Shown piece by piece: positions 31,701-42,100 of a stretch of 64,000 nucleotides of DNA; the stretch's first letter is position 1, and each line of letters begins with the position of its first letter. A model generated the notes under the pieces. The model was not told the DNA's origin. It searched no databases and worked only from the letters and a program-made list of their open reading frames with translations. This DNA comes from Candidatus Argoarchaeum ethanivorans (GTDB lineage: Archaea > Halobacteriota > Methanosarcinia > Methanosarcinales > EX4572-44). A program made the position numbers and the translations under genes. The DNA lies in contig RPGO01000030.1 in NCBI GenBank assembly GCA_004193545.1, forward strand, positions 4,790 through 68,789, written 5' to 3'.

Positions 31701-33494
31701 GCCGCCATCGCCACGGTTCTTTGACACATTATTATGTGTGATGTCGTCATGCCCGGCTCCGTCCAAACAGATACCTCCCTTGGTGTTGTTTGTGATGTTG
31801 TTGTAATTGACATGATTGTAACTGCTCGATCCTTCGGAATGAACTCCATAATTGTTGTTATTCAGAATATCGCTGTCGTTTATGATGTTGTTGCTCGAAC
31901 CAGCAAGATAAAACCCCTGTTTTGTGTTATTTTCAATGATTACGGATGTGATGTTATTCCAACTCGTCGATTCGAGATTGATGCCGTACACAGTGTTGTT
32001 CTCAATCGTGCTGCTCCTGATGCTCACATTCGATGAAGACCCGATGATCCGGATGCCATCTCCGTTATGTATCGTGCAGCCAGTAAACCACAGATCGCTG
32101 CAATCAACGATTGTGACATGCCCGATGTCGGCATCAGTGATCGTAACATTACTATCTGTGCAATTGTAGTACACCCGCCCCCCGTTCACTTCGTTTGTTG
32201 TGTCGATGTCCTGATCATAGTTCCCTTTAACATAGAGGTTGTAGTCTGTGCTGTTGATTATATCGTTGGATTTAAGGATGCTGCTATGGGATGAGGTGAT
32301 ATTTATACCATATTCGCTGCTGTCTGTGATTGTATTGCCTGTCAATGTGTTGTTTGTTGAGGATTTGAGGTTCATCCCATCCCTATTGCAGGCAAGGTCG
32401 TTAGAAAGCAGAGTGCTGTTTTCTGAACTCTGCATAAAAATTCCATAATCTCCGCTGTCTGTGACGTTATTCTCTGAAATGTTGCAGTAGTTTGAGTTTT
32501 GGATGTAAATGCCGTGATCTATGACACTGTTGATGGTGCTGTTGATAACGTTTATGTTGTTGGATGAATATGCATGGATGCCATGCTTATTATTGCCTCC
32601 TGCAATGCTGAAATCTCGGAGCGTGTTGTTGAAGGTTGATTCGAGGTGCACGGCATCGTTGGTTGTGATAGAGTACGACCCTCGCGTGATGCTGATATTA
32701 TTTAATGTGTTGTTGTTTGAATTCTGGATGTAAATACCGTGATAGTAGCTGCTCTTTTCTGCGATGGTGATGCTTTCGAGGGTGTTGTCGTTCGAGTCAT
32801 GTATGTGGATACCATGCCAGTACCGGACTCTATAGTTATAACTGTGCGATTTGGTGTGCCCCGCCTCTATTGTGCAGTCTCTGATGCTTGCGTTGCTTGC
32901 AGAATGGAGATAGATTCCATGTGTGGTGGTGGTGACATAAACATAATTCAGTCCATCCCCATGTCTGAATGTGCAGTTGTATATACTGACACTCTCGTTT
33001 GTCTCGATACTGAATCCATTGTTGTGTACACAGCATTCGATAGTAGTGTTCGTGACATTGCCCCGGCTTCCGCTTTCGTATATCCAGCCGTAGTAGTCTG
33101 ATGTACTGGTATCCTTATGGGTGATCTCTGAACCATTGATGTTCATCACGCCGCCATTGTGTACGGTGATCGAATACTTGATGGAAGATGTGCTATCCAT
33201 CTTCACAGTCGCATTCTCAATCTCCAGCACAGCGCCGCCATTCACGATAATGTCCCCTGCCACGTTGCTTACGTTGTTGCTAAGATTTGTACTCCACTGA
33301 GAATCATTTGTAGTGGTTACGATGATCTCGCCGTAGTCAACAGCCCCGGCGATTCCGCAGAAGATTATGAGTAAAAAAAAGATAGAAGCACAGCTCATAA
33401 AACGCGTCCTACATGTTCTACCATCCTGCCATATCCCGGTTATCTGGTGTCGGAACATCATAATTCGTTTCATCAGTACGTGTTGGAAATTCAC
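25797..33494 (-). CDS. Giant secreted multiheme cytochrome c with N-terminal right-handed beta-helix (NosD/PbH1-like) repeats
   Basis: Hydrophobic leader; ~1000 aa of GI.L..S.N..I..N.I repeats; 32 CxxCH plus CX9CH, 2x CX3CH and CX4CH (hand count); no C-terminal TM. True start probably 33461 or 33398. Confidence 0.92.
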   Translation of the reverse strand: MNFQHVLMKRIMMFRHQITGIWQDGRTCRTRFMSCASIFFLLIIFCGIAGAVDYGEIIVTTTNDSQWSTNLSNNVSNVAGDIIVNGGAVLEIENATVKMDSTSSIKYSITVHNGGVMNINGSEITHKDTSTSDYYGWIYESGSRGNVTNTTIECCVHNNGFSIETNESVSIYNCTFRHGDGLNYVYVTTTTHGIYLHSASNASIRDCTIEAGHTKSHSYNYRVRYWHGIHIHDSNDNTLESITIAEKSSYYHGIYIQNSNNNTLNNISITRGSYSITTNDAVHLESTFNNTLRDFSIAGGNNKHGIHAYSSNNINVINSTINSVIDHGIYIQNSNYCNISENNVTDSGDYGIFMQSSENSTLLSNDLACNRDGMNLKSSTNNTLTGNTITDSSEYGINITSSHSSILKSNDIINSTDYNLYVKGNYDQDIDTTNEVNGGRVYYNCTDSNVTITDADIGHVTIVDCSDLWFTGCTIHNGDGIRIIGSSSNVSIRSSTIENNTVYGINLESTSWNNITSVIIENNTKQGFYLAGSSNNIINDSDILNNNNYGVHSEGSSSYNHVNYNNITNNTKGGICLDGAGHDDITHNNVSKNRGDGGICIGTYYYSSLSTQNTIANNTILSNNNTGIGAYTNYNYLSNNTISSLSGHYALKVSYVRNSFYNHIWRNNTANGEQINYYYDEHDKITELGDNIIENKYLFASNVSNVGKITLIDCTNLTIRNSEFSNNIKSGYGIFLRNSSNNNLTNNAISNNCNGIWLYGSSENSIIDLDTISPSNLYGAHFEEDSDHNNITDSSFAATTSNAMYLSSSDYTTITNTMISSVDRYGLYTIGAHYTNLTNTTITSTSSHSAYLSTSDYITLTDSNLTANNTCVYCSGSNYTKILNTTIRGEDGIYMSESNQGNLTNNTIDATLRGIFLTESRDHNLTANNITNYTITGILLEEHSTNATIIGNDLTRNSSEFDIRLNDSNYCVIVNNESVTANYTFYLTNDTRLATLDTVFNKTEVGYEDTSNLTLMWRIDVLCWDNYHIEFVWANLTVRYGEFSDIGNVTVWGENEIPLSNHGRLSSNDFDYYGPPASGDNWLPIIEYKENVTGKTTYQPMNCTAINRWDKIQGKNITYRNITTEITGPGVTILVDTGYTPNGKCYYCHLDKLKFKDTLHWTNYTSQVFNSLDEPYTPGQCIDCHNENDSIAIPHGNESGKDLLYNQSPQLCYTGKTGGLNCHGASATQERLVQETEFNQTTHHPLGDGKLSCKACHDNHGTEYDSDLLRYYRTNTEGNYNSANYALCFVCHLEEKLVAKMSGETNSHLQNYTNQTNFRDEYYHWGTGFGSTGTPMLQNIHSPQGGQAGWTGHPNYHCYSCHNPHGSDYPATTRPPIKYTYITNLTLPSGADNDGDWVNQTILDHANWSNSTMNQAGGLDNPSCGGCHGFKLPNSFNYRQPFVNYTPAGGAGCLECHDNNASAYNTDPIRPIVNLTAVKLAMHTNLSGAFRTGSDLQGTDKNFTEWLEYRGYTAPQIVNITGDNAICWACHCTNGTPPSPYFHPDRALNPYKCAKCHGPYDGQPPHTQGLVAAIDNHGPTTKGAESILIQTSVGIGGSCDDCHAPSVLPNSSIGELKVWKYTPSKSFITYTGRSTMGDVSHYGLNKTQGLAFGIDNPLFNTTDCLYCHCDSTNGSIWGNATYIADNMYGADTTNVSTCYTYCHVRPDWVGSVEESTLTHFHNESIYAGGGPNCTLCHDVNSKYGVQSLVNATAIKMGIHGNILNNTLVHETYGMDNRSNPCWGCHQSDGTIPEGMGDRNGITDRNEDGIITVDELPYTCEDCHARSEAWSGATGDGHTWESASDPALGLNRLPPLISDHYPNSTYVKTNQHSDNGRCVDCHNNSFNSDNNDTAYKELGHTIFSGVSHYGTTSSLLTPTTKCGYCHDNTTSARANATLYGNATANKHGNFTDEANPEDGCCFCHSHNQTPVDFHNINAVSIVGDPDCLRCHGSNGSAERRRIDEIAYMGAIHAGMNNASVDGDINKSCWVCHFPEGVGMDEHSNRLEPAYNCYDCHNKDNTTLFSNVSDAPEVHNHFKSGTCIEAYWTRPTDLDSCMGCHNQSEMRYTFDENETDPYFTNFSLISHYGDNRTDIVTTYIENDPGAYCGYCHDNLSTVFVEQQSMKKVNHYQIQTCDECHGVGRLHSGTLERVLTDANCTNCHATYGADQQGLKYKINVTAVNFGVHANVNDNMTSVAITVGDANNSKCWGCHVPEGACPEEGHRGTFNNDAYLCYECHNGTYAYQNVSNATAVYNHFKSGINISARTTAETNSESCGYGCHNLTTMKVSGFEGLAGQSSYRQNLSEASHYPRSRPDIATASNLSDCTWCHRNSTNEFIEIFERAGSQNYTENIPHATRTESCTITECHNTGRMHDQNLTIPTISWEQDCDNCHFGLDDSTASKYYVNETMFNYGVHATVNCTECHIHTDQPVNWHPLEEYTWKWCECCHSYQLDLINESDRHNVTGNPLTYMVGGTCVLEIANCTTCHDATTYENAKSNFNSSAEHECRWCHEYPDKGNKTIQSWY

Positions 33495-33705
33495 TTTACG
33501 CTGTGTTATGATTTATTATTATCTATTTTCTGTTGCCTGAAATTATAGCTCATAAACACAATCATTCACTAATCGTTCAAAACGTATTTCATTTTGAATA
33601 TGCACAAAGATTCCAAGCAATTCATAGGCAGGAGTACGCCAAAATCCTTATAATAGATAAAGAATATTAACCAGAGTAGAATGTAATAATTTTGGGTGAT
33701 GAAAA

Positions 33706-34263
33706 TTGTTAGAACATAACTCTTTTGATACGCAGCAGAATAACACGCATTCAAACCTCGAGCATGCTGTTGAAAATGGCTACTTAAAACCTGTAGACGA
33801 AGTGATCGAATTACTTAGGGAAGTGATTGATGTACTTGAGGAGATAAATGGTATTGATGCTACAGAAGAATTGTTGTATGATATCGGCAAAAGCAGGGGT
33901 AAGTGCATCGGGAAACTACTTGGAACAGGAAAACACCCAAAAACTGCTATCGAAGAATTTATTGAGCACGTCAAACATTGCTATTCCATAGAAGTTATAG
34001 ATCAAAAAGACACGGAAAAGAAATATACAGCAAAACTACAGATCAACGAATGCATAATAAAAAAACTATGTGGAGGTTGGAGTGAACCTATGAGAAACCT
34101 TCATTGCAGAAATATCAATGGATTATTTGAAGGAGCACTATCTTTTATGACTAAGATGAGTGTTACTGCATTACTCAGTGCTGATGAGGATGTATGCCAT
34201 ATTACTATGGTATTCAATAATAATAATAATAATAATAATAAGCGGAATCACATCATTCACTAA
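33706..34263 (+). CDS. V4R-domain (4-vinyl reductase-like) putative sensor protein
   Basis: LLYDIGKSRG, ECII, HCRNINGLFEG and VCHI Cys pattern. Divergent from the giant MHC gene. Confidence 0.65.
   Translation: MLEHNSFDTQQNNTHSNLEHAVENGYLKPVDEVIELLREVIDVLEEINGIDATEELLYDIGKSRGKCIGKLLGTGKHPKTAIEEFIEHVKHCYSIEVIDQKDTEKKYTAKLQINECIIKKLCGGWSEPMRNLHCRNINGLFEGALSFMTKMSVTALLSADEDVCHITMVFNNNNNNNNKRNHIIH
34216..34239 (+). repeat. (AAT)8 microsatellite encoding poly-Asn
   Basis: AATAATAATAATAATAATAATAAT near the 3' end of the V4R gene. Confidence 0.9.
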
Positions 34264-34268
34264 ATCAA

Positions 34269-36128
34269 TCATCGTCTTCTCCGCATGAACTTGGATAGGA
34301 GTGTAAGAATAACTCCTGCAAGCAGCAAAGTACATCCTGCCCATAATACATTTAAAAGTGGATACTTGTTAACTATCAGGTCAACATGTCCTGTTTCGAG
34401 TCGACACGGCGGCATTCCTTTCAGGTCAACTATGGTGGCTGACAGCAAGCTGTACTTTACAGCAGGTCTGCTGACAAAGCAAAACTGACGGTGCTTCATG
34501 AATGTTGTAGTCAGGTTGTTTGTTCTGTCGCCTTCAGTTAGTTCAATGTTAGCGGTTTGAATCCAGTCAGATCCAACTTTGTTAACTTTAAAGTCAAGTA
34601 GTTTCACACCAACACTTGCATTTTCTTTGTAAACATTTTCTTCGTTCAAAGCAAAACTGAAGTTGTCAACCGTTGATAGAGACATGCTAACGACAGCTCC
34701 AAGAAGTGCAAAACCAAAACCAAGATGGATGATATTAACCCCGGCTCTATGTATAAATACTGCTCTGCTTTTTATCCTCATATCATGGACTATTCTAAAC
34801 AGAGTATTGCTTGTAATAAAAAAAAATGCTGGAAGAATAAGTATCAAACGGTTATATTGTACCACAAATATAAGTAAGACATTTATGATAAAAAATATTG
34901 CGGTTGTATAGGCAATTATTTGATTTTTCACTTTTCCATACAACATACAGATACCTGTAAGATACACCAGAAGGATCGTTGGAATATATGACATGGCATT
35001 ATAAAATTCAGTAGATACAACAGTCCAGTATCCCATATATTGAAGAACAATACAGATGTTTGGTCCCCAGAACGCTATAAAGGCAAGAACTATCAACAGT
35101 AAAATTGTGAAATAAAATGTGTTGTGTGGGGCAAGAGCTGCACTCAAAGGTGATGATTCTATAGCGCTTTTTTCACCAAACAGTAAAGCAAGTAATGCTG
35201 ATATAATTGCCACAACAAGGATAAAAATAAGAAGCACTAAAAATGTTGGTGTTTCTAAAAATGTGTGAATTGAATTGTATATGCCACTTCGTGCTACGAA
35301 AGTAGTATATATGCAGCCTATGAAACTGTATATGCAAAGAAGCGGAAACAGTCTGCGGTACTCACCGACATTGAACCTAATTTCCGCATGCAGTGCTGCT
35401 GTTATGAGTAGCCATGTTGCAAGTGTTACTGATTGGATTGGATCCCACTGCCAGAAGCCTGTCCACCCAAGAAGCCTGTTTGCCCAGATTCCTCCTGAAA
35501 TCATGCTAATACTTAAAAATAACCAAGATAATCGTAGATAGTCTTTAATACGATGTTTTTTGCCAGTTGTAAGATATGCTGCTGAAACTGCTGCCGGAAT
35601 CAGTGCAAAGGCGTATGCTGCAAACGCTGTGAAAATATGAATTGGCATCAGTATGTCTATTAGTGCTGGGTTGATGCTGTTTCCGATGGCTGGTATTGAT
35701 GCACCTTCTCCAATAAGTATGGATCTAAATGGATTCATTATAATTGTTAGAAAAAGTAAAAAACTGCATGCAGCAAGTGCATAAATGCTATCGTACTGGT
35801 TTGTATTTTGTCTATGTCGCTTGAGATTGATAAATGCGAGCAAAATAGAGAGCCATGCCCATACAAGATACGTTCCATCCTGCCCTACCAGTATGGCTGC
35901 GAGTCGGTAACCAATCGGAAGCACGTCACTATTAAACATCCAGACATAATATGTGCTAAAATCAAGTGAAACGAATGCATAAGATAATGCTAATACAGAT
36001 GCTGTAATGGAGACGGCTGCTATTCCAGCAGACCAGAGACCAATTCTTACTTGTTTGATAATTAAAAATATAACAGCAAGAACTGTGAATATGAAACTGG
36101 TGTATAGAAGCGCTCCACCAATATTCAT
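34269..36128 (-). CDS. ccmF: Cytochrome c biogenesis heme lyase CcmF (system I)
   Basis: Polytopic membrane protein; GQDGT..VW, NPALI...M.IH, WWD-domain WTGFWQWDPIQ, RSG..NSIHTF, IHLG. Confidence 0.9.
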   Translation of the reverse strand: MNIGGALLYTSFIFTVLAVIFLIIKQVRIGLWSAGIAAVSITASVLALSYAFVSLDFSTYYVWMFNSDVLPIGYRLAAILVGQDGTYLVWAWLSILLAFINLKRHRQNTNQYDSIYALAACSFLLFLTIIMNPFRSILIGEGASIPAIGNSINPALIDILMPIHIFTAFAAYAFALIPAAVSAAYLTTGKKHRIKDYLRLSWLFLSISMISGGIWANRLLGWTGFWQWDPIQSVTLATWLLITAALHAEIRFNVGEYRRLFPLLCIYSFIGCIYTTFVARSGIYNSIHTFLETPTFLVLLIFILVVAIISALLALLFGEKSAIESSPLSAALAPHNTFYFTILLLIVLAFIAFWGPNICIVLQYMGYWTVVSTEFYNAMSYIPTILLVYLTGICMLYGKVKNQIIAYTTAIFFIINVLLIFVVQYNRLILILPAFFFITSNTLFRIVHDMRIKSRAVFIHRAGVNIIHLGFGFALLGAVVSMSLSTVDNFSFALNEENVYKENASVGVKLLDFKVNKVGSDWIQTANIELTEGDRTNNLTTTFMKHRQFCFVSRPAVKYSLLSATIVDLKGMPPCRLETGHVDLIVNKYPLLNVLWAGCTLLLAGVILTLLSKFMRRRR

Positions 36129-39100
36129 CTAAATCGTCTCCAGGCAAAATACAACAAACCAAATATGATTATAACAGCAGGTATACAAATTTTTAGTATA
36201 AATTCTGTTATCACAAGTTTCCTCGGCTTTACTACTTTAAGCACTCCGATACCTGTTTTGCTCCAGTGTCCTGCCGAATCCTTTACCCGTACGAAAATAA
36301 AATGCTCTCCATAAGACATCATAGAAGTATTTATCGTATCACCGACAACTGCCGATGATTCGCCATTTTCTCCTATTATGTATTTCAGGTGCTTTCCTTT
36401 GCCTTTGATTCCAAGTATGTCAATGAAGTACTCTGCACGAACGATCTTCATCAAAGGCGGAAGCACCACGGTAACTCTGAGAACGCTAACCTCTCCTATA
36501 GCAACTGTATTCGGTTCAAGCGTTACCACCACGCGTGGCAGGAATTCGGTTGCTGCAAGACTGTGGAAGCTGATCGGATCCTCGCCACCGTGACAGATTG
36601 TACAGTTTGGTGCAAAACCGTGTGCCGTACCCTTTGGGGATCTTCCTTCTGTTCCCATATTTGTGGCATTAAATGGTGAGCATCCGCCGTGGTACGTGTG
36701 ACAGTCCTTGCATCCTGTTATATTTCCAGGGGTCCAATCCTTCCAGTCAGGGTTCTGCACAGTACCACGCGAATATGTGTCAAAATGGAATCTGCTTTCA
36801 CCGGTGGCATTATGACAGGAGCTGCATGTTCTAAGCGGCTCGTCTGAGACGTTGCCTATCGTTGCCATGGTTCCACGAGTGATGCCTACTGCTTTTTGTT
36901 GTGTTTCATTGAAAAGATCGATTTCTTCGCCGTGACAGACATAACACGGTCGTAACGCTTCTTCACTGACATTGGCTTCGATGTGCGTAAGATTGTGGTA
37001 TAAATCTGCTTCAGGGTTGTGGCACAGCCCGCATGTTTCAGTTCTGTTTACAATCTCTATCTCTGCAGTCGAGTAATGGGATGCTCCATATTCGGTATGG
37101 CAGTCGATGCACCTGATGCCTTCAAATGGTTGATATTCCCTTCCCTCGTGTTCTTCATGGCATTCAATGCAGTCAAGTGCAAAATTTCTTGCACCAATAA
37201 TGCCTGTTTTACCGACCATGCTTGGTGCATGGAATATGCTCACGCCTTTTGGATCATGGCAAGCTTCGCAACCGGATTTTACTTTTATCCCGCGTCCATG
37301 CCTGAATATTTTTATCTGGGCTTCTGGTTTGTGTGAAAACTCTCCTTCAATGCTGTGGCACTGGAAGCAGTAGCCCATTGTCTGATTACCGCGCACGACT
37401 TCAAGGGATTCATGCAGCGTGGTATTTGTCGCATTGTGGCACATCTCACACGTGTAGTTATAATTTTTCAGGGTGTCTGCACTATCCTCTGGTGCACCTG
37501 GATAATGAGTACGAATGACTGTAAGATTGAGCTCCTCGCAACGTTCTTTGTTCACATGGCAGTCTTTACACTCTCGTGTTATGGTTATTCCGGGCTTATG
37601 GAAATTGGTTAATCCTTCACCGGCATGGCAGCGTGTACAGGTATTGTTTGAATTGTGTTTTATAACCTGCGGGGCACTACCCCACTCCGGTGCATTTGTT
37701 TCGTTGTTGTGGCACACACTGCAATCTGATGTGTTTAACAGGTCTTCTCGTGTTGAATAATGGGACGCTGAAGCTTGTGTGTGCTTGTCTTCCAGTAACA
37801 TATTTGAATGACAATCCCAGCATGCAGAAGTAGTTGAGATTTCAGCACCCTGGTAATGTGTGTAAACCTGCTTTGCCCCAAACTTCGAGTGTCCATGACA
37901 GTGGATACAGGTTTGCGGCGTGCAATTCCCAAAGTATGGTGTCGGGTGCCTGACAGGTTCACCGCTGCTGCCATTGCCATGACATGCCCAGCATGCTTTG
38001 TTTGCATCATCGGTGATGAAACTGAAATAGTCTGCATCTTTGTTCAAACCAGCATGCACACCGCGTTTGAACTGATCAATATCGATTTTAATTGGTGCAA
38101 CTCCATCCCCGGAATGGCAGCTAATGCAGTCAGAGCTGTATCCACCCGGTGTGAGTGTGTACACATGGAATGTTTCAGGTTTCTCCCCAACTGTTATGTA
38201 ACTATCAAGAGGCAGGTATTTCAAAGGAATTCCAGATTGCAGTACCTGTGTTGTTGCACTCAATGTTTTCTGTTTCCCTGCAATAACTCGAATATTACTC
38301 AGTACGATAGAAGGAGCTGCACCGATAAAAACACGGTCAAGTTTTACTCTGATAACATCGATCTTTCGATCAAGCAACCGTTCTTCGTATGTAAAGTAGC
38401 ATCCTTCATTTATTATTACATCATCGACCAGTGTTTCATTCTTGTACAACCGAAGCTTTGCACCGCCTCGTTTAATGTTTACATCTGCAACATAGAGAAT
38501 GTATCCGCATGTAAGATTCAATGATTCTCCGATATCAAGCATGATGGTTTCATTGTCTGTGAGGTTAACAGGCATCCGGGCAAGCGTTACGTTTTCAATA
38601 TCCTTTTTAAGAACGTAGTAATCAGTGCCTTCTGGCGCGTTTGCACGATATTGGCTGTCATGGCACCCCCAGCAAGCCTTGTTTTCTGTTTCACGGTGTA
38701 TGCGTGATGCAAGTATGGTTCCTGACAACTCTGCAACATAACGATCTTTTGCTGTGAATAACCTGTTTACCGTAAGGTTGACAATGGTTGTTTTTCCTGG
38801 TGCAATGCCGCAAACTTCATATTTAAATACATCACCTTTTACAATCAATTCTTCACGCAGTATCTCTTCATCTTTTTCAAATTTAAATATTGCAGCATCA
38901 CGTGTTGTCTCGATCAGTGTAAGTGAATAGTTGTCAACGAGCTTCCATTGCTGGTTTGCTACCAGTGTTTTGTTAATTGTTGTGTAGTGCACGTGGTCTC
39001 CTTGGTCAGGTGCGTTTCCCCAGCCATCAACAATACCAGTATGGCATCTGATGCAGTCTCTTGTCTCAAGAGATTCCTTCTTAAGGTAATGGGATGCTGA

Positions 39101-42100
39101 GATTTCAATGGTTGTGGCATGATGTGCACCCTGGGCATGACATAATGCACATGAAGCATTGGTTGGCACACTGCTTTGATCAGGAATGTGTTTGTAAACA
39201 ATTGGCGTATCAGCAAAACCACTGATGTGGCACTCTTCACAAATTTTCGCCTTGTATTCTTCACCGTGTTTCATGTCCACATCGATTGTTAAGGTAAACT
39301 CTGTATCTCCACTCACATCACATACAATAGCAGTCCAATTTCCCAGTTGTGGTGAACTGATGTTTATCCTTGTTCCTGTATAGTTCGTATCAGGTGCATA
39401 CAGGGTCAGATTAAGTATACTACTTCCATTCCAATCAAGTGTAGCGTTTAGACATGTAATGTTAGATACCATGCTAAAGTTATACGTGTACGATTCTCTA
39501 TTGACAATAATATCTTTAAATACCTGGCGTGGCGTGTGACAATCTACACAAAAAATGTTTGCATGCGCTGATGTTCTAAATTCAGCCCCTTCAAATTCGG
39601 TCTTGTTGCTATGACAAACCAAACATGCTTCATTGTCTTTGCTCATAATTGGAACTTCCAGGCTTTTATCATGGATTCTACCTGAACCATGACAGGATGT
39701 ACAGTTCGTCCCATGTGTAATATCAGCATTACTTGGATCTACAAAAACACAATAAAACTCGCGTCCACCACCTGTGTGACAGTACGAACAGTTGGTTATA
39801 ACCTGATTGTTTTCAACCACCCACATATCAGTTCTCTGTCTACCATAGTGAGATATGTAGTTTTTAGCCCGTGGATATTTTACATTTTCAGTTGGTGGTG
39901 CAATTGTCAATGATTTGTTATGGCATATTGTACAGTTTGAATCTGTTTGTATATCTTCACCATTTGGCTGATGCTCTCTTACCTGCAGCGGCGTCTGGTT
40001 GAGGTATTCACTGTTTAATGGGGTGCCGGTATCATGGCAGTCCTCGCAAGCTGGCAAATCAGTAACACGTTTTGTATGAGATGAGTCAATGAGCTGCTGT
40101 GTATAATTGACATGACAGCCCCAGCAAACACGGCTGATACTGGTATAATTTGTTTGACTGAACTGTCCGGTGATGTTACGATGAATGCTGCCAAAGAATC
40201 CGGTTTTATTAATTATCGGTATACCTGAAGTTACGTTTGCACCACCTTCAAGATGACAATCGGTGCAGTCTCCACCAGCTGCCGCCTCAGGTTCAACATG
40301 CGGATCATTATGACAGAGCATGCAACCAGTATACTCCATTTCATAATAATCTGCCACGGCATGTCCACCAGGTCGCTGTGTGTGGCAGTCAGTGCAGTTC
40401 CTGATTGAAATATCATGGAATGAATTGTGGCATAATCGGCATGTAACATCATCCATACCATCATCATTAGTATCAGCATGAGTATGTGATAGCCCATTGT
40501 TGTCCCACGAAGGTATCGGTTTGGATGTCTTAGCTCCTGATAAATCTCCACTTGCCCCGGGATTGTGGCATTCACTGCAGTTCCATGGTATATGAATAAT
40601 AGGCTTACTCTGTATGGAATGGTTTGACGTTATTGTGTAATTGAACATTCCCGGTGAACGAGAAAATATCTTCGCAATCCATGTGCCGCTTTTCGGGACA
40701 GCATTAAAACTTGTAGTGTGTAACTTATCACCAACAGGGTAACATATCTTCGAACCTTCTGCAAATACAGCAGTCCCATTAACACTCGGAACTGTATACG
40801 TGCCCTGCCATTTGTCTCCAGTGTTTAAATCCTGCAGACCATTTACATCATCTACTGGTCCAACCAACGTGAGAAATATTTCATACAGTGGGTCGTCCCC
40901 ATCTACCGTCACATTGATTGTTCCGGAGTTAACGTCAATGATGTATGTTTTTGTTACTGCTTCGTATGACATAAACTCTGGTTCATAGTCTCCGATTGTG
41001 TCATTTAGTGTGGTTACTCCATCGAATTGCGGATAAATCAAGCCGTGTCCTTCACTTTTATAATAAATTCCATGACATGCTTCACATGATACATTGTAGT
41101 GTACTCCACTTCGACCTAAATATGACCCGTTTAATGAATGCGGCACTGCAATGTCGTACGTATCTTTTCCGCTTTGACTGTGAATGAAACTTGTGTGGCA
41201 CTGTGTGCAGTCTGCATCTGTCACGTGCGATGGAATGTTAAACTTGGTCTGTGGAATTTTCCTCCCAACAGAACTTTTGCGATACAACTGCACGTTGGTG
41301 TTTGAATTATTAAAAATGGTCACCCAACCACTTTCTCCATAAATAAATCCACCTTCATGGCCATACTTGATGTCATGCAGATGAATTGGTGTTGCACGAA
41401 GGAACTGCGATGAATAAGTGCTGTGGCACATTGTAAGGCAGCTACCTTTTATGTTAGAGGTGATGTTGTCCGGGTGCATTGCAGTAACCGGATTTCTCAC
41501 TGATAAATCGCTCTGTGGACTCCACGAATCATGGCATCCTCTTGCTTGACATCCCCATAAAGTGGTGTTGAAACTGGTGGATGCTGACAAATCCTCTGAA
41601 CCTATTGTGGTGCTGAACTCAATTGTGTATCTGCCGGCATAAGCATCATTCGGGTACGTGAATGTTCCATAATATATCTGGTGAATATAGTTTTCACTAA
41701 GCTCTATTGTTTCTGATTTTGTTGAGAAGTGATCGCCTGCATAATCATAATGCGGATAGTAAATTGTTGCTGTTAGTTTAGGAGCTCTGGTCTCTGCACC
41801 ATTACTAAAAATAATATTACCGTCTGATGTCTCAACTGTTATATCGTCGATCCACCATTCACCATTGTTATTATTATTATTTGAAATGAAATGAAATGCT
41901 ACAAATACTTTCTGTCCGCTATATTGTGTTAAATTGATTGATTCCTGTGTCCATCCGCTGCTGTTGCCTGAATATTCTGCAAGTGTATCCCATGTAGCCC
42001 CCATGTCTACCGATACTTTAACAAAGCCTCCGCTGTCCATCATCCTGTACTGATTCCAGAATGTCAGGTTAATCGTCTGGTCTGAAGATGTTTCTGCCCC

